From: Candidatus Bathyarchaeota archaeon
GTDB taxonomy: Archaea > Thermoproteota > Bathyarchaeia > Bathyarchaeales > Bathyarchaeaceae
Assembly: GCA_004376295.1 (NCBI GenBank)
Contig: SOJZ01000005.1
Coordinates: forward strand, 33,914 to 97,913
DNA length: 64,000 nt
Direction: 5' to 3'
Positions 9,067 through 17,754 of this stretch are shown in pieces. The position numbers and the translations under genes are program-made. The notes beneath the pieces were generated by a model. The model did not search any database. It saw only the letters and a list, made by a program, of their open reading frames with translations, and had not been told where the DNA came from. Positions within the stretch are counted from its first letter, which is position 1. The number at the start of each line of letters is the position of its first letter.

Positions 9067-10626
9067 ATGGCTTGGTTGAACTTGGGAGAGATCTTAGACA
9101 TCCATGCTAAGAAGCATCCTATGAAATTAGCAGTCAAAGACTGGTGCGACAAGGTATGGACATATTCGGAACTAAACATTAGAACTAACAAACTGGCTAA
9201 TGGCCTATTAAACATGGGTCTGCACAAGGGTGACCGTGTCGCAGTCATGCTTTATAACTGCGCCGAGTTCGTCGAGATTTACTGCGCCTTTGCCAAAGCT
9301 GGGCTGGTGGTTACGCCAGTTAGCTGGCGTTACGTTGAAAGGGAAATAGAATACGTTGTTGATAACTCAGACGCAAAAGCCATGATCGTCTATGAGGAGT
9401 TTGTTAGTGCAATTAATCAGCTTCGTCCGACATTTGATAAAATCGACAGCAAGAACTACATAGTTGTTGGTGAAACAACCCCTCAGGGCTACACAAATTT
9501 TGAGGACTTGATTACAAACTCCCCCGACCATAAGCCCGATGTAAAAGTTGACGGCAAGGATACATGGGTTCAAATTTACACTTCTGGCACTACAGGTTTT
9601 CCCAAGGGCGTTGTTCGATCCCACGAATCTTATGCCGCGTTTTTCTTAATCAACGCTGTGGAATTCGGTTTTTCAGAGAAGGATTATGGAATGATTATCA
9701 TGCCTCTCTTCCATGTAAATTCAACCTTTTATGGACTTCTATTTCTCTATATCGGCGCCTCTCTATTCGTTGGCAGAGACAAAGGGTTCGATCCTGTTGA
9801 GTTACTGAGCATTGTAGACAGAGAGAAAATCACCTTTACCTCACTGATTCCAACCCACTACAGCCTCATTTTGGAAATTCCAGAAGAGAAACGTCAATGT
9901 TTCAACACAAGTTCGCTGCACAAGCTGTTATGCTCCTCTGCTCCTGCTAGAAGCAGGATAAAACGTGGAATCCTGGAATGTTTCCCCAGCGTTGAGCTAT
10001 ATGAGGGCTATGGCTCCACTGAAGCTGGGTTAGTCACCATACTCAAGCCTGAAGACCAGCTCAGAAAAATTGGATCAATGGGTAGAGAATGTCTGGGAGT
10101 AGATCTAGTCAAGCTTTTGGATGAGAATGGTCGCGAGGTTGGGATAGGAGAAATTGGCGAGCTCTATTCTAGGGGGCAAATGATGTTTGACGAGTATAAC
10201 AAGATGCCTGAGAAGACTAAGACCTCATTTAGAGGCGAATTCTTCAGTGCTGGCGACTTGGTCAAGCGTGATGAGGAAGGCTATTATTACATTGTTGACC
10301 GCAAGGACAATATGGTCATTACAGGCGGTGAACATGTCTATCCCTCAGAGGTTGAAGAGATAATCTCTCAGCATCCGAAAGTTCGTGACATTGCTGTGGT
10401 AGGTCTTCCAGATGATAGGTGGGGTGAGGCTGTCACGGCGGTCGTTGTTTTAAGGGACGGTGAAAACGCAACCAGCGAAGAAATCGTTGGATGGTGTAGG
10501 GGCAAGATGGCTGGGTATAAAAAGCCTAAGAGAGTGGTATTCATTGACTATTCTGAAATGCCTAGGGCTGCAACAGGGAAGATTTTACATAGAAAACTTA
10601 GGGAACGCTTCGCTGAACCCATTTGA
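9067..10626 (+). CDS. AMP-forming acyl-CoA synthetase (fatty-acid--CoA ligase family)
   Basis: 519 aa. Carries the AMP-binding motif IYTSGTTGFPKGV, then GYGSTE, and the C-terminal AGYKKPKRVVF..PRAATGKILHRKL. Confidence 0.9.
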   Translation: MAWLNLGEILDIHAKKHPMKLAVKDWCDKVWTYSELNIRTNKLANGLLNMGLHKGDRVAVMLYNCAEFVEIYCAFAKAGLVVTPVSWRYVEREIEYVVDNSDAKAMIVYEEFVSAINQLRPTFDKIDSKNYIVVGETTPQGYTNFEDLITNSPDHKPDVKVDGKDTWVQIYTSGTTGFPKGVVRSHESYAAFFLINAVEFGFSEKDYGMIIMPLFHVNSTFYGLLFLYIGASLFVGRDKGFDPVELLSIVDREKITFTSLIPTHYSLILEIPEEKRQCFNTSSLHKLLCSSAPARSRIKRGILECFPSVELYEGYGSTEAGLVTILKPEDQLRKIGSMGRECLGVDLVKLLDENGREVGIGEIGELYSRGQMMFDEYNKMPEKTKTSFRGEFFSAGDLVKRDEEGYYYIVDRKDNMVITGGEHVYPSEVEEIISQHPKVRDIAVVGLPDDRWGEAVTAVVVLRDGENATSEEIVGWCRGKMAGYKKPKRVVFIDYSEMPRAATGKILHRKLRERFAEPI

Positions 10627-10696
10627 TCTTTAATGTATTTTAAATGGTTACCGTTTTTAATGCATGTATGTAAATATAATGGTTGAAGCGGAGTTT

Positions 10697-10710
10697 TGCA
10701 TGCATGCATG
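10697..10710. repeat. TGCATGCA-type palindrome
   Basis: tgcatgcatgcatg, in the convergent acyl-CoA synthetase / arsM intergenic region. A degenerate tgcatgtatg lies at 10661-10670. Confidence 0.8.
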
Positions 10711-10763
10711 TTTGCAGGAGATATCTCAACTGTGTGAGAAGCAGGTTGAGGTGCATCAAGCTG

Positions 10764-11639
10764 TCATTTTAAGGGTTTTGTTGCTGAAACGTTGATGCTC
10801 GTGGTTGAGATTAGAGTCTCTTTTACTATCTCTTTTGATTCTTCGTCTAGTTCAGACACGCTTTTCAATTCTTGAGTATTTTTGTTGGAATTGGCAACGA
10901 TGACTCTTGCGTTAGGGTCATTGACAATGTCTTCGAAGGAATATTGCGTTTCTTTTATGATCTTTACATCTTGAAACCCCGCTTGTTCTATTGCCTCTAT
11001 GTATTTGTCTTTCATTATTGCCCCTTTGACGCAACTAGCTGGATGTGCTCTCTTCTTTATGGCTTCTGGTAGCTCCTTGAGCAAGACTATGTCTGAAACC
11101 ATTAATCTTCCTCCAGGTTTTAACGCTCTGAATGCTTCTTTGAAAGCTCTCTTCTTCTTTGGTGAAAGGTTGATTACACAGTTTGAGATGATCACATCAG
11201 CAGTGTTGTCTGCAACAGGGAGATTTTCGATCTCCCCGAGTCTGAACTCCACGTTCCCATAGTTGCCTTTTCTAGCGTTTTCTTGTGCCTTATCTATCAT
11301 TTCAGGTGTCATGTCCACACCGATGACTTTTCCTCTTTCTCCAACCTTTTTTGCTGCAAGGAAGCAGTCGACACCCGCACCTGATCCAAGATCAATGACC
11401 GTTTCGCCTTCTTCTAGGGATGCTAGTGCGACAGGATTTCCACATCCAAGACAAAGACTGGACCCTTCAGGAATAGATTTTAGCTCTTCTTCGGTGTAGC
11501 CCATTTTCGTGCTTAGTTCTTCGTACGTAGTAGGACTGCCACAGCATGAAGTTGTCGGGCTGCAACAAAGTCCCTCTTTGGCTATTTTGGCGTATCCTTC
11601 TCTCACATTTTTCCTTGTCTTCTCTTCTTCCAAAATCAA
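10764..11639 (-). CDS. arsM: arsenite S-adenosylmethionine methyltransferase-like protein
   Basis: 291 aa. SAM motif VIDLGSGAGVDCF plus ArsM-type cysteines: N-terminal CCSPTTSCCGSP, then CLGCGNP, SNCVINL and ASCVKGA. Confidence 0.8.
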   Translation of the reverse strand: MILEEEKTRKNVREGYAKIAKEGLCCSPTTSCCGSPTTYEELSTKMGYTEEELKSIPEGSSLCLGCGNPVALASLEEGETVIDLGSGAGVDCFLAAKKVGERGKVIGVDMTPEMIDKAQENARKGNYGNVEFRLGEIENLPVADNTADVIISNCVINLSPKKKRAFKEAFRALKPGGRLMVSDIVLLKELPEAIKKRAHPASCVKGAIMKDKYIEAIEQAGFQDVKIIKETQYSFEDIVNDPNARVIVANSNKNTQELKSVSELDEESKEIVKETLISTTSINVSATKPLK

Positions 11640-11666
11640 TACCCCTTTCTTGTTTTCTTGTTGTCT

Positions 11667-12029
11667 CTATTCTTTGCCGAGTGCCCTTTTTGCTTGTCCC
11701 TTTAGTTCTCTGATCTTCTCCACTGTTGGCATTACCTTCCGAAATAGATCTTTGCGAGCTTGTATTCCCTCTTTGATAAAGAATGCTGCAGCTTCGGATC
11801 TACTCTTAAAAGCTTCAACCTCAACAAGAGCATCTATCTGTTTCAGGTCTTCGTCGTTCAGTCTTGTCATGACTACGTTACTTCTGCCCTGCATACATGC
11901 ACCTATTTTCATGAGAACCTTTTCTTTGATCTTTTCTACATCCTCACCTTCTGGGCAACACGCCATCACCACAACCTTTTCGCTTTCTCTATGCTTCATT
12001 TCTTTCTTCTTTCCTTTTTCTTCACCCAT
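11667..12029 (-). CDS. ribbon-helix-helix (CopG-like) regulator with a Cys-containing N-terminal extension
   Basis: 120 aa. The RHH core is VVMTRLNDEDLKQIDALVEVEAFKSRSEAAAFFIKEGI. The preceding ~50 aa contain a vicinal CC and a third Cys. It lies 27 nt upstream of arsM on the same strand. Confidence 0.65.
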   Translation of the reverse strand: MGEEKGKKKEMKHRESEKVVVMACCPEGEDVEKIKEKVLMKIGACMQGRSNVVMTRLNDEDLKQIDALVEVEAFKSRSEAAAFFIKEGIQARKDLFRKVMPTVEKIRELKGQAKRALGKE

Positions 12030-12141
12030 TCATCTCACCCATTTTTTAGAGACTTGTATTCTGTAATTTGTAATACCGATATAAGATATATAAACGTTTC
12101 GTTACAAGTTGCATGTATTTGGTCGCTCTGATCCTTAATGG

Positions 12142-13353
12142 CTATTCCAAAGTTTTCAGGTAGGTCTCCAGTTTTGTTTTCACTTGGTATTCGTCGTAGT
12201 TTCTCCAGTCGGATGAATCCACGTCGAGAATGAGGCTTGGCACTTTAAGTTTCTTGTAGATCACTTCTTTCACGATGGTTTCTCCTATGGACATCATTCT
12301 GCATCCCCAGTTGGTAGGGAGGATAATCAGATTGGCGTGAAAGTCTTTTGCGAGGTTAAGGATGAGGTCGATTTTTCTTTCGATGCCGCAGTTGGCGAAG
12401 TTTGGGAGATATTTTCTGGCTAGGCTTTCTAGGGGTTTTGAGGGGTTCAGGCTTCCGGTCCAAACGTGGGAGAAGGTTTCGGCCACAGTGATTGCGCCTA
12501 GGTTGTTTAGGTAATTGAAGAATTTCAGGTTGAACCACATGGGTAGGTTGTCCCAGATTAACCTATATCTTTCGTTTTGGATTTTGCCTATGCCATTTTT
12601 TGCTAGTTCTTTGACTTCGTCTCGTAGTTTTTCGTAGAAGTTTACTGCTGTTTGGGTGGCGGGTATGCAGAGCATGAAGAAGATGGCTGAGAAGGCGTCT
12701 CTGGCGCCCATGGGTGTTGGAATGTTTTTTCTGTAGTCTTGGATTTCTAACCAGAGGTTGCTTGTGTGATCTGACAGTGCTATGGTTTTTCGTAGTTTGT
12801 TTTTGTCTAGTGGTTTGTCTGTTTGTTTTTCTAGGAAGGTAGTTAGTTCTTCTAGTTGCGAGACGTATTGTTTTATGTGGTGGGTTTCGAGGTTTTCTGC
12901 GTCTGTGCCGGCGGTGTTGTAGGGTGTGTCTAGGAGGAATAGTGGACGTTTTAGGTGGTGGCTGAGGACTTGGAACCATTTTAGATGGGTGTCGCAGGCA
13001 GCTGTTGATGCCACTAGGAAGTTGGGTTTTGGCATGCCTCCTTCTGGAAGATCTTGGTTGCTTTCTGTTAAAATGGAGCCGATTACAGTTCTGGCGTAGG
13101 AGCATAGGTCTCTGGAGTAGCCGTGTCTTTCGGCCACTTCTGCAAGGGGTACAGAGACTTTTCTTGCTGCGCATACTGAGGCGTAGTTTTCGGGCCATAT
13201 GGGGGTGATGTCCATGGCTTGGAGGATTTCGACTGGGAAGGTTGAGGCTACCCAGGCGATGGGTTTGCGTTCTTTTTGGCTTTTGTGGGCATTTTGGTAG
13301 TATGGGTGTATGTGGTTTTGGTAGAAGCCTTGGAGTGTTTGTAGTCTTGTCAT
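12142..13353 (-). CDS. 2-hydroxyacyl-CoA dehydratase family subunit (HgdB/BcrB-like)
   Basis: 403 aa with the HgdB-type N-terminus (PIAWVASTFPVEILQAMDITPIWPEN). Cys residues are spaced as in the family and it abuts the partner subunit. The coding strand is strongly A+C-rich. Confidence 0.8.
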   Translation of the reverse strand: MTRLQTLQGFYQNHIHPYYQNAHKSQKERKPIAWVASTFPVEILQAMDITPIWPENYASVCAARKVSVPLAEVAERHGYSRDLCSYARTVIGSILTESNQDLPEGGMPKPNFLVASTAACDTHLKWFQVLSHHLKRPLFLLDTPYNTAGTDAENLETHHIKQYVSQLEELTTFLEKQTDKPLDKNKLRKTIALSDHTSNLWLEIQDYRKNIPTPMGARDAFSAIFFMLCIPATQTAVNFYEKLRDEVKELAKNGIGKIQNERYRLIWDNLPMWFNLKFFNYLNNLGAITVAETFSHVWTGSLNPSKPLESLARKYLPNFANCGIERKIDLILNLAKDFHANLIILPTNWGCRMMSIGETIVKEVIYKKLKVPSLILDVDSSDWRNYDEYQVKTKLETYLKTLE

Positions 13354-13355
13354 AG

Positions 13356-14474
13356 TTAGGGGACTCCTTTTATTGTTTCTATGAAGGCTTCAATTCTTGT
13401 TTTTATGGGGGCTATTCCGCTTCTGGTGTGTTCCCATTCGAGGTTTAGGACTGGTATGCCTTGGTTTTTCAGTTCTTCTGTTAGGAGAGGGGCGTCGAAC
13501 ATGTGGGTGTCGCAGAATTTCAGGAGGAAGTTGATGACGGCTTCGACGTTGTATTGTTTAATCATGTTTTTGATGTGGTTGAATCTTTCTTGATGATGGT
13601 ATCTGGAGGGGGATGGGATTTTGTTTAGGTAGCGTTTGGAGATGGCTTTTATGGGGTCTTTGTCTGTACGGACGAGGTTCCAGAAGTATCTTGTTCCCGT
13701 GCATAGGTCGTCTGCTACTGCGATTCCACCAACGGTTTCGATTATGTTTAGTAGGTCTGTGATGTCCATCATGCTTCCTGTGATTAGGAGTCTTACGCCG
13801 GGTTTTGGTGGGTCTGAACGGTTTTCTATTTCTTTCAGCAGTTGTTTCAGCAGTTTGTTGTGCTCTTTCTTGGGTGTTAGCATACTTGATAGGACGATTT
13901 CTAGGGCTTCTGCTCCGCTAATGAGGGGTGGGTCCTTTCTCCTTAGGTCATAGACTTTTTTGAGGAGGTTTCTGTTTTCATTGTAGAGTTGGATTGTGCG
14001 TTGGATTGTTTTGTTGGTTATGGTGGTTTTGAAAGTTTCTTCTAGGGATTTTTTGAATCTTATGATTTCTTGGTGGAAGAATTCATGAGCCTTTGGAGTG
14101 TTTGTGTGGGGGGTGTTTATGAAGTGGAAGTAGGGGATTTTTGCGTGGTATCTCCAGAGGTCGTAGGTTTTGGTGAAGTTATCGCAGGAGTTGGAGGTGA
14201 CAAGACCGTCTAGATAGGCGTAGTCGCTTCTCAAGGCTAGGTCAAAGGTGCTACGGGCGAAGGAACAGGCGTTGCGAGGTAGGAAGGCGTCCGCCAAGGT
14301 GGTGGGTTTCATGCTTCCTACGATTCTGACTGGTAAGGCACCTATGGCGTTGATGATTTCTTCTGGTGTGTAGGTGCTGTTCCAGCCTATGACGGGTTTG
14401 TTTTGGCTTTTCCAGTTCCCTGCGATGCTGTGTCTTTTGGAGAGCATGTTTCTGAAAGACTGTAAAATCTGCAT
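13356..14474 (-). CDS. 2-hydroxyacyl-CoA dehydratase family subunit (HgdA/BcrC-like)
   Basis: 372 aa with PVIGWNSTYTPEEIINAIGALPVRI, SNSCDNF and CTGTRYF. There is a 2-nt gap to the partner subunit. Confidence 0.8.
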   Translation of the reverse strand: MQILQSFRNMLSKRHSIAGNWKSQNKPVIGWNSTYTPEEIINAIGALPVRIVGSMKPTTLADAFLPRNACSFARSTFDLALRSDYAYLDGLVTSNSCDNFTKTYDLWRYHAKIPYFHFINTPHTNTPKAHEFFHQEIIRFKKSLEETFKTTITNKTIQRTIQLYNENRNLLKKVYDLRRKDPPLISGAEALEIVLSSMLTPKKEHNKLLKQLLKEIENRSDPPKPGVRLLITGSMMDITDLLNIIETVGGIAVADDLCTGTRYFWNLVRTDKDPIKAISKRYLNKIPSPSRYHHQERFNHIKNMIKQYNVEAVINFLLKFCDTHMFDAPLLTEELKNQGIPVLNLEWEHTRSGIAPIKTRIEAFIETIKGVP

Positions 14475-14595
14475 GATATAGACACTCAGATTTGGGATTG
14501 TTGTTAAGAAGGAGGCTTAACTCTTAAACAATACGATTGCAGAAGACCATCTCGTTATGAGTTGTGTGACATACATGCTCAAATCCCCATAAACA

Positions 14596-15564
14596 CTAGC
14601 TCTTCTTCTTCAGATACCTGTTCTCCAAAGCCTTCAACAACCCAGTCAAAACAATATTCACAGGCGTCTCAACCCCATACAGTTCTCCATAACCCGCAAT
14701 AGCTCCACTCAAAAAATCAACTTCAATCCTCCGCCTACTCTCTACATCCACCAACATAGAAGGCTTATGAGCCCCACCCTTCTTCAAATAACCAGTAAAC
14801 CTGTCAAGCGCATCCTCACCGAAATCATAACCATCCGCTTCAGCCACCATCAACCCCTCCTCAAGCACTTTCACTGCAACATCACGACTAAACCCAAACT
14901 CCATAGCCCCTTTCATAGTCTGCCCAGTCAAAGCACAAACCGAGCACAAAGCAGAATTCAAAATCGTCTTCTCCCACACATGCTTCTTAATGTCTGGTGC
15001 CTCTTCGGTCTCTAACCCAGAAACTGTCATAATCTCAGCAATGTACTTCGTCGTCTCATCAGTCGTATACCGTCCACTCTTGAGAGCACCAACATAGTTC
15101 GGAGGCTGAAACCAATTCATCTTTGCACTACCAGAGCTCACCAACTCCCCAGCGTAATTAATCACCACACGATAAGCAGTATCAATCCCCAAAGTCTCAA
15201 CAGCAACCCGCTCATTATCCAATCCGTTCTGAAAACTAACAACACTCATTCCAGCCTTATACACAGACTTGAGCTCAGCCAAAACAATCCTCAGAAAACA
15301 AGCCTTCGTCGCAACAAAAACAATGTCAGGCTCAAACTCAGCCAACTCAGCCAACGAACCCACAACTTTGTCAAACCGAGCAGCCAACTCCCTAATTCCA
15401 GAAACCCTCAAACCATCCTCCCTAATCTTGACCAAAAGCTCTTTGGCGATATCCTCCACAACCACATCCACCCCACCCTTAGCTAAATGAGCAGCCAAAA
15501 TGGACCCAACAGGACCTAAACCGATAATCCCGACTGTCGGCCTTTTCATGGGCACATCCCGCAA
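14596..15564 (-). CDS. ketopantoate reductase family (PanE/ApbA) 2-oxoacid reductase
   Basis: 322 aa. N-terminal Rossmann motif VGIIGLGPVGSILAAHL, with ApbA-type length and C-terminal domain. Confidence 0.75.
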   Translation of the reverse strand: MRDVPMKRPTVGIIGLGPVGSILAAHLAKGGVDVVVEDIAKELLVKIREDGLRVSGIRELAARFDKVVGSLAELAEFEPDIVFVATKACFLRIVLAELKSVYKAGMSVVSFQNGLDNERVAVETLGIDTAYRVVINYAGELVSSGSAKMNWFQPPNYVGALKSGRYTTDETTKYIAEIMTVSGLETEEAPDIKKHVWEKTILNSALCSVCALTGQTMKGAMEFGFSRDVAVKVLEEGLMVAEADGYDFGEDALDRFTGYLKKGGAHKPSMLVDVESRRRIEVDFLSGAIAGYGELYGVETPVNIVLTGLLKALENRYLKKKS

Positions 15565-15611
15565 ACTACATTACGCCACACATCGTTTAAAAGCATGTTT
15601 GCAGCGAGGTT

Positions 15612-17561
15612 CTAGGATTTAGCGACTTTAGTTATCTCTTCCAGCGACTTTGGATTTTCCAGCGCTGATGTGTCGCCCAACTCTTTTCCAAGCATAACAG
15701 CCTTCATCAATCTTCTCATAATCTTGCCAGACCTTGTTCTAGGTAGATCGCCAACAAAGCTGACATCTCGCGGTCTGAAAGGCTTACCCATATACTTGAC
15801 AACCTCTCCTACAAGTTCATCCCTCAACTCTTGGCTGGGTTCATAACCAGGCTTTAGAACAACGAGGCACATTACCTCTTCGCCTTTGATCTCATGGGGT
15901 ACGCCTATGCACGCGGACTCGTAGACTGCTAAATGCTGGTTTAGAATGGACTCTATCTCCGCTGGTCCAATTCTTTTCCCAGCCACCTTGATTACGTCGT
16001 CAGCCCTTCCATGAAGGAACCAGAAGTCGTCCTCGTCGATGGAAGCCCAGTCCCCATGATACCAAACGTTGGGCCACCTAGACCAGTAGGTCTCAATGTA
16101 TCTTTTTGGTTCTTTCCAGAAGCCCCTCGTCATGGATGGCGCTGGCTTTTTGCAGACTAGGTAACCAACCTCGCCTCTAACTGGTTTTCCCTCGTCATTA
16201 AATACGTCTATGTCCATGCCTAACCCAGGGCCTCCCAATGTTGACGGCTTAAGGGGCATGACCGGTAATGGCAACAGGAAGCAACCGAAGATTTCAGTTC
16301 CTCCAGAAAGATTTATTATTGGACATTTTTCTCCGCCAACTGTTTTGTGAAGCCAGAGCCAAGTGTCCGGGTCTATGGCTTCCCCAGTGTTTCCAAGCAT
16401 TCTTAGGCTACTCAAGTCATGAGCTTCAACAAATTCATTTCCATATTTCTTCAACATTCTGAAGACTGTTGCAGAGCCTCCTAAAGCCGTGACCCCGAGC
16501 TTTTCTATCATGCTCCAAAGCCTATCTGGCTTAGGATAGTCGGGGGCGCCCTCAAAAATCAGGTGGGTTCCACCCAAATGTTGAACCCCAATAATCTGCC
16601 AGGGTCCCATCATCCAGCCGATGTCAGTGATCCAGAAGAAGACATCAGCCTCTTTTAAGTCGAGGTTGAAATGGATTTCCTTTGAGCTTTGGAGCAGGGT
16701 GCCCGTTTGAGATATCACTGTTCCTTTTGGTTTGGCTGTGGTGCCTGACGTGTAAAGCAAGAGTGCTGGAGCGTCTGAATCCATTTTCTCGCTTTCACAT
16801 TTTGCCGGTTGTTCCGCGACCAGCTTATGCCACCATATGTCTCTGCCTTTTGTCAATGGAACTTCGATGCCCATCCTCTTGCAGATGATCACCTTTTCCA
16901 CGTTTTCAGCGGCCTTAACTGCCTCATCAGCCATTTCCTTAAGTCTAACAACCTTGCCTCTCCGGTAATAGCCGTCTGCTGTTATGAGGATCTTGGACAT
17001 CGCGTCCTTTAATCGTGTGGACACTGCGGCTGGGCTGTATCCAGAGAATATTGGCACGGCTATGGCGCCTATTTTTAGAATTGCAAAGAGTGAAATCACT
17101 GTTTCCGGCAACATGGGAATACAGAGGCTTACGGTGTCTCCCTTCTTAACGCCCAGGTTTTTTAGAGCGTTGGCAAATCTGTTGACTTCAAAATGCAGGT
17201 CCCAGTAGGAATATCTCTTTTCTTCACCGTTTTCGCCTACCCAAATAAACGCAACTTTGTTCTTTCTCCACGACTTTGCATGTTTGTCAAGGCAATTGTG
17301 TGTTATGTTCAATTTACCCTCAATGAACCATTTGGCCCACTGAACTTCAGACGCATCTAAAACTTTCTTGTATTTCTCAAACCACTCCACGTTTAGCTCT
17401 TCAATTGCTGCATTCCAAAACCACTCAATGTTTTCTGTGGAGCGCTTAATCAAATCTTTGTAATCTTTTATTCCATGTTTATCCATGAACTTCTTCACGT
17501 TGCTCTTTTCAACAAGCTTTTTCGGAGGATACCAAATATAGCTCAATTTTTTCACCTTCAC
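15612..17561 (-). CDS. acetyl-/acyl-CoA synthetase (AMP-forming, Acs family)
   Basis: 649 aa with LYTSGTTAKPKG, WITDIGWMMGP and the C-terminal PRTRSGKIMRRL. Confidence 0.9.
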   Translation of the reverse strand: MKVKKLSYIWYPPKKLVEKSNVKKFMDKHGIKDYKDLIKRSTENIEWFWNAAIEELNVEWFEKYKKVLDASEVQWAKWFIEGKLNITHNCLDKHAKSWRKNKVAFIWVGENGEEKRYSYWDLHFEVNRFANALKNLGVKKGDTVSLCIPMLPETVISLFAILKIGAIAVPIFSGYSPAAVSTRLKDAMSKILITADGYYRRGKVVRLKEMADEAVKAAENVEKVIICKRMGIEVPLTKGRDIWWHKLVAEQPAKCESEKMDSDAPALLLYTSGTTAKPKGTVISQTGTLLQSSKEIHFNLDLKEADVFFWITDIGWMMGPWQIIGVQHLGGTHLIFEGAPDYPKPDRLWSMIEKLGVTALGGSATVFRMLKKYGNEFVEAHDLSSLRMLGNTGEAIDPDTWLWLHKTVGGEKCPIINLSGGTEIFGCFLLPLPVMPLKPSTLGGPGLGMDIDVFNDEGKPVRGEVGYLVCKKPAPSMTRGFWKEPKRYIETYWSRWPNVWYHGDWASIDEDDFWFLHGRADDVIKVAGKRIGPAEIESILNQHLAVYESACIGVPHEIKGEEVMCLVVLKPGYEPSQELRDELVGEVVKYMGKPFRPRDVSFVGDLPRTRSGKIMRRLMKAVMLGKELGDTSALENPKSLEEITKVAKS

Positions 17562-17669
17562 GTGTGATTTGTTAATTTCAGATGTGTTTTCTCGAGTCTT
17601 TCACCTTTTTGGCTTTCCCACGAATCTCGGTAGGGGTCCATAGGGGCAAGCTTGATATATGCTTTTATT

Positions 17670-17712
17670 CCGATTGGCTTCACATACGCGAATTTTATCT
17701 GAAGCCCATTGG
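17670..17712. other. imperfect 13-bp inverted repeat (possible RNA hairpin)
   Basis: CCGATTGGCTTCA (17670-17682) pairs with TGAAGCCCATTGG (17700-17712): 11 Watson-Crick pairs, 1 G-T and 1 mismatch, with a 17-nt loop. It lies between the scpB stop and the acs start. Confidence 0.25.
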
Positions 17713-17754
17713 AGTAGGCCTCTCGCACACGCACGCAAAAATAATCTGAACGTT

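Noticed and set aside
12563-13198. 211-aa highly basic ORF (R/K/P/T/Q-rich) in an alternative frame of the hgdB-like gene, on the same strand.
   Set aside because: It overlaps a gene with clear family motifs. Its composition is what the A+C-rich coding strand yields in any frame. There is no independent evidence for an overprinted gene.
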